Part shown: positions 62,561 to 64,000 of the stretch, in pieces
Position numbering within the stretch: the stretch's first letter is position 1
How the letters are laid out: each line of letters starts with the position of its first letter
NCBI RefSeq assembly: GCF_036321535.1
Contig: NC_087437.1
Span: 78,060,001 to 78,124,000, forward strand
Length of the DNA: 64,000 nucleotides
Reading direction: 5' to 3'
Origin: Camelus dromedarius
Taxonomy: Eukaryota
Position numbers and translations under genes: made by a program
Notes under the pieces: model-generated
The model's database searches: none
What the model was told of the DNA's origin: nothing
Seen by the model: only the letters and a program-made list of their open reading frames with translations

Positions 62561-63925
62561 AAGTGTGTTGTGTTAACAAATATCTAAAAATATGAAAGTC
62601 TCTTTGGAACTGGGTGACAGGTAGAGGCTGGAAGAGTTTTAAAGTGCATGATAGAAAAAACCAAGATTTCCTTGGAGGGAGTGCCAGTAGAAATGTGGAT
62701 GTTAAAGGTGATTCTGGTGACAGCTTAGAAAGGAAACAGGTGAACTACAGAGAAAACCTCTGTTGTCTTAGAGAATACCTATATTATCAGCAATAGAATT
62801 TTGGTAGAAATGTTAAAATTTTTTTTGGTAAGGTCTCAGAGAGAAATGAGAAACATTATTGAAAACTGGGAAACTGGAGGAAAGGCAATCTTTTTAGTAA
62901 AGTGGCAAGGAACTTGGCTGAATTGTGTTTCAGTGTTTTTTGGAAAGTAGAAATTACATACAGCGAAATTGAATATTTACCTAAGGAAATTTCTAAGCAA
63001 CATTTTGAAGGAGTGGGTTTGTTTCTCCTTACCATTTTTGTAAAATATGAGCAGAGAGAGATAAGTTGAAAACATTGTTAAATAGAAAGAAACCAGAACT
63101 TGAAAATTTGGAGTATTCTCAACCTATCCACGTTACAAAAAATGAGATAGTGTGTTCTGAAGAGAAGAGCTAAGAGTGTGGTTAAACAGCAGTTTGATTG
63201 GGAGGAAATCATTACTGTGACTCATGGATTTAATCAGCCATGTCAACCAAAGCCAGGAATGGAGATGGGATTATACCAGCAGAGACACTTTCAGCTTTAA
63301 CTACAGGGAATAGAGAAAGGAAATTAAGTAAAGGGAGTCTGTCCACTGTCAGACTTCTTGGATTCTTCAGGACAAAGTCAATGGAAGTATTCAGCTGCAA
63401 ATATACTTTATCCTTCAAGAAAAGTGAATAATGACCTGAAAGTTAATTCACAGATCATCAAGGTTGCCACTCTCACCACAGATACAGGAAGCAAGGTTGA
63501 TTCCTCTTCGGTTTCAGAGGGTAGAGCCCCCATCTCTGTTTCAGCTGGACAGGAAGCCATCACGGAGGGCTGATGCATGTGTTTACACAGAGGACCAAGG
63601 GGTTGGGGATGCCCTAGTGAACCAAAGGAGTGATGGGAGTGATGCTGCTACTCCAGTGCCTTGGGAGGTACAGCATCAAACCAAAGATGATTATTCTCAA
63701 GCCTTAAGATTTAATGAAATTTGACTTGCTAGGTTTGAACTTGCATAGAACCCGCCACCCCTTCTTCTGATTCCTTTCTTTTGGAATTAAAATGTCTGTC
63801 TTACGCCTGTATTTCGGAAGCATAAGAGCTTGTCTGGTTTTACAGGTCTACAACTGCAGTGTAATTTTGCCTCGGGATGAGTTGTACCTCTCTTCTCACC
63901 CATATCTGATTTGGATGAGACTGTT
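62560..63925 (+). mobile_element. ERVL-MaLR internal sequence (MLT1-int-like)
   Basis: taacaaatatctaaaaatatgaaagtctctttggaactgggtgacaggtagaggctggaagagtttt..ggatgttaaaggtgattctggtga..aaagtggcaaggaacttggctgaattgtg..cacccatatctgatttggatgagact. Confidence 0.85.
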
Positions 63926-64000
63926 AGTTAAATTACTGTTGCTTGTTGCTAGGTACTGGGATTACCTTTGGGTCAGGGTTTTCCTGTCTTTTTTTCCTGA

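Noticed and set aside
7700..63230. About ten AP-1 (TGASTCA) sites
   Set aside because: Scattered, with a count in the range expected by chance for 64 kb.
1..64000. The listed 60-145 aa ORFs as protein-coding genes
   Set aside because: All are short, often low-complexity or Phe/Leu/Ile-rich, many overlap repeats (e.g. 22759..23196 is antisense L1 ORF1; 61676..61903 is the decayed L1 ORF2 C-terminus), and none resembles a cellular protein.
1..64000. Repeat strand bias indicating a host gene intron
   Set aside because: LTRs occur about equally on both strands and L1s on both, so intronic versus intergenic status cannot be decided.

Overview
AT-rich, CpG-depleted mammalian genomic DNA, very probably camelid: three tRNA-Ala-derived SINEs resemble the camelid Vic-1 family. 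The window is essentially non-coding (intergenic or deep intronic). It is densely filled with transposable-element fossils: MIR, L2, L1 of several ages, ERV1/ERVL/MaLR LTRs, and hAT DNA transposons of MER5 and MER45 type. Several insertions have readable target-site duplications (TSDs) and are nested in older elements. None of the listed ORFs looks like a real protein; the only gene-like signal is a weak candidate exon at 505-589. I found no CRISPR array, prokaryotic operon or convincing new biological system. The most interesting observations are a tandem CACGTG E-box pair with 6-bp spacing (14893-14910), a MER41-like LTR with an intact GAS motif, a TSD-flanked L1 made of a 5'UTR joined directly to a 3' end, a 3'-truncated L1 with a CpG-rich 27-bp tandem duplication, and several CpG-retaining enhancer-like islands. 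Repeat family names come from remembered consensus sequences, not a database search, and boundaries without a TSD are approximate.
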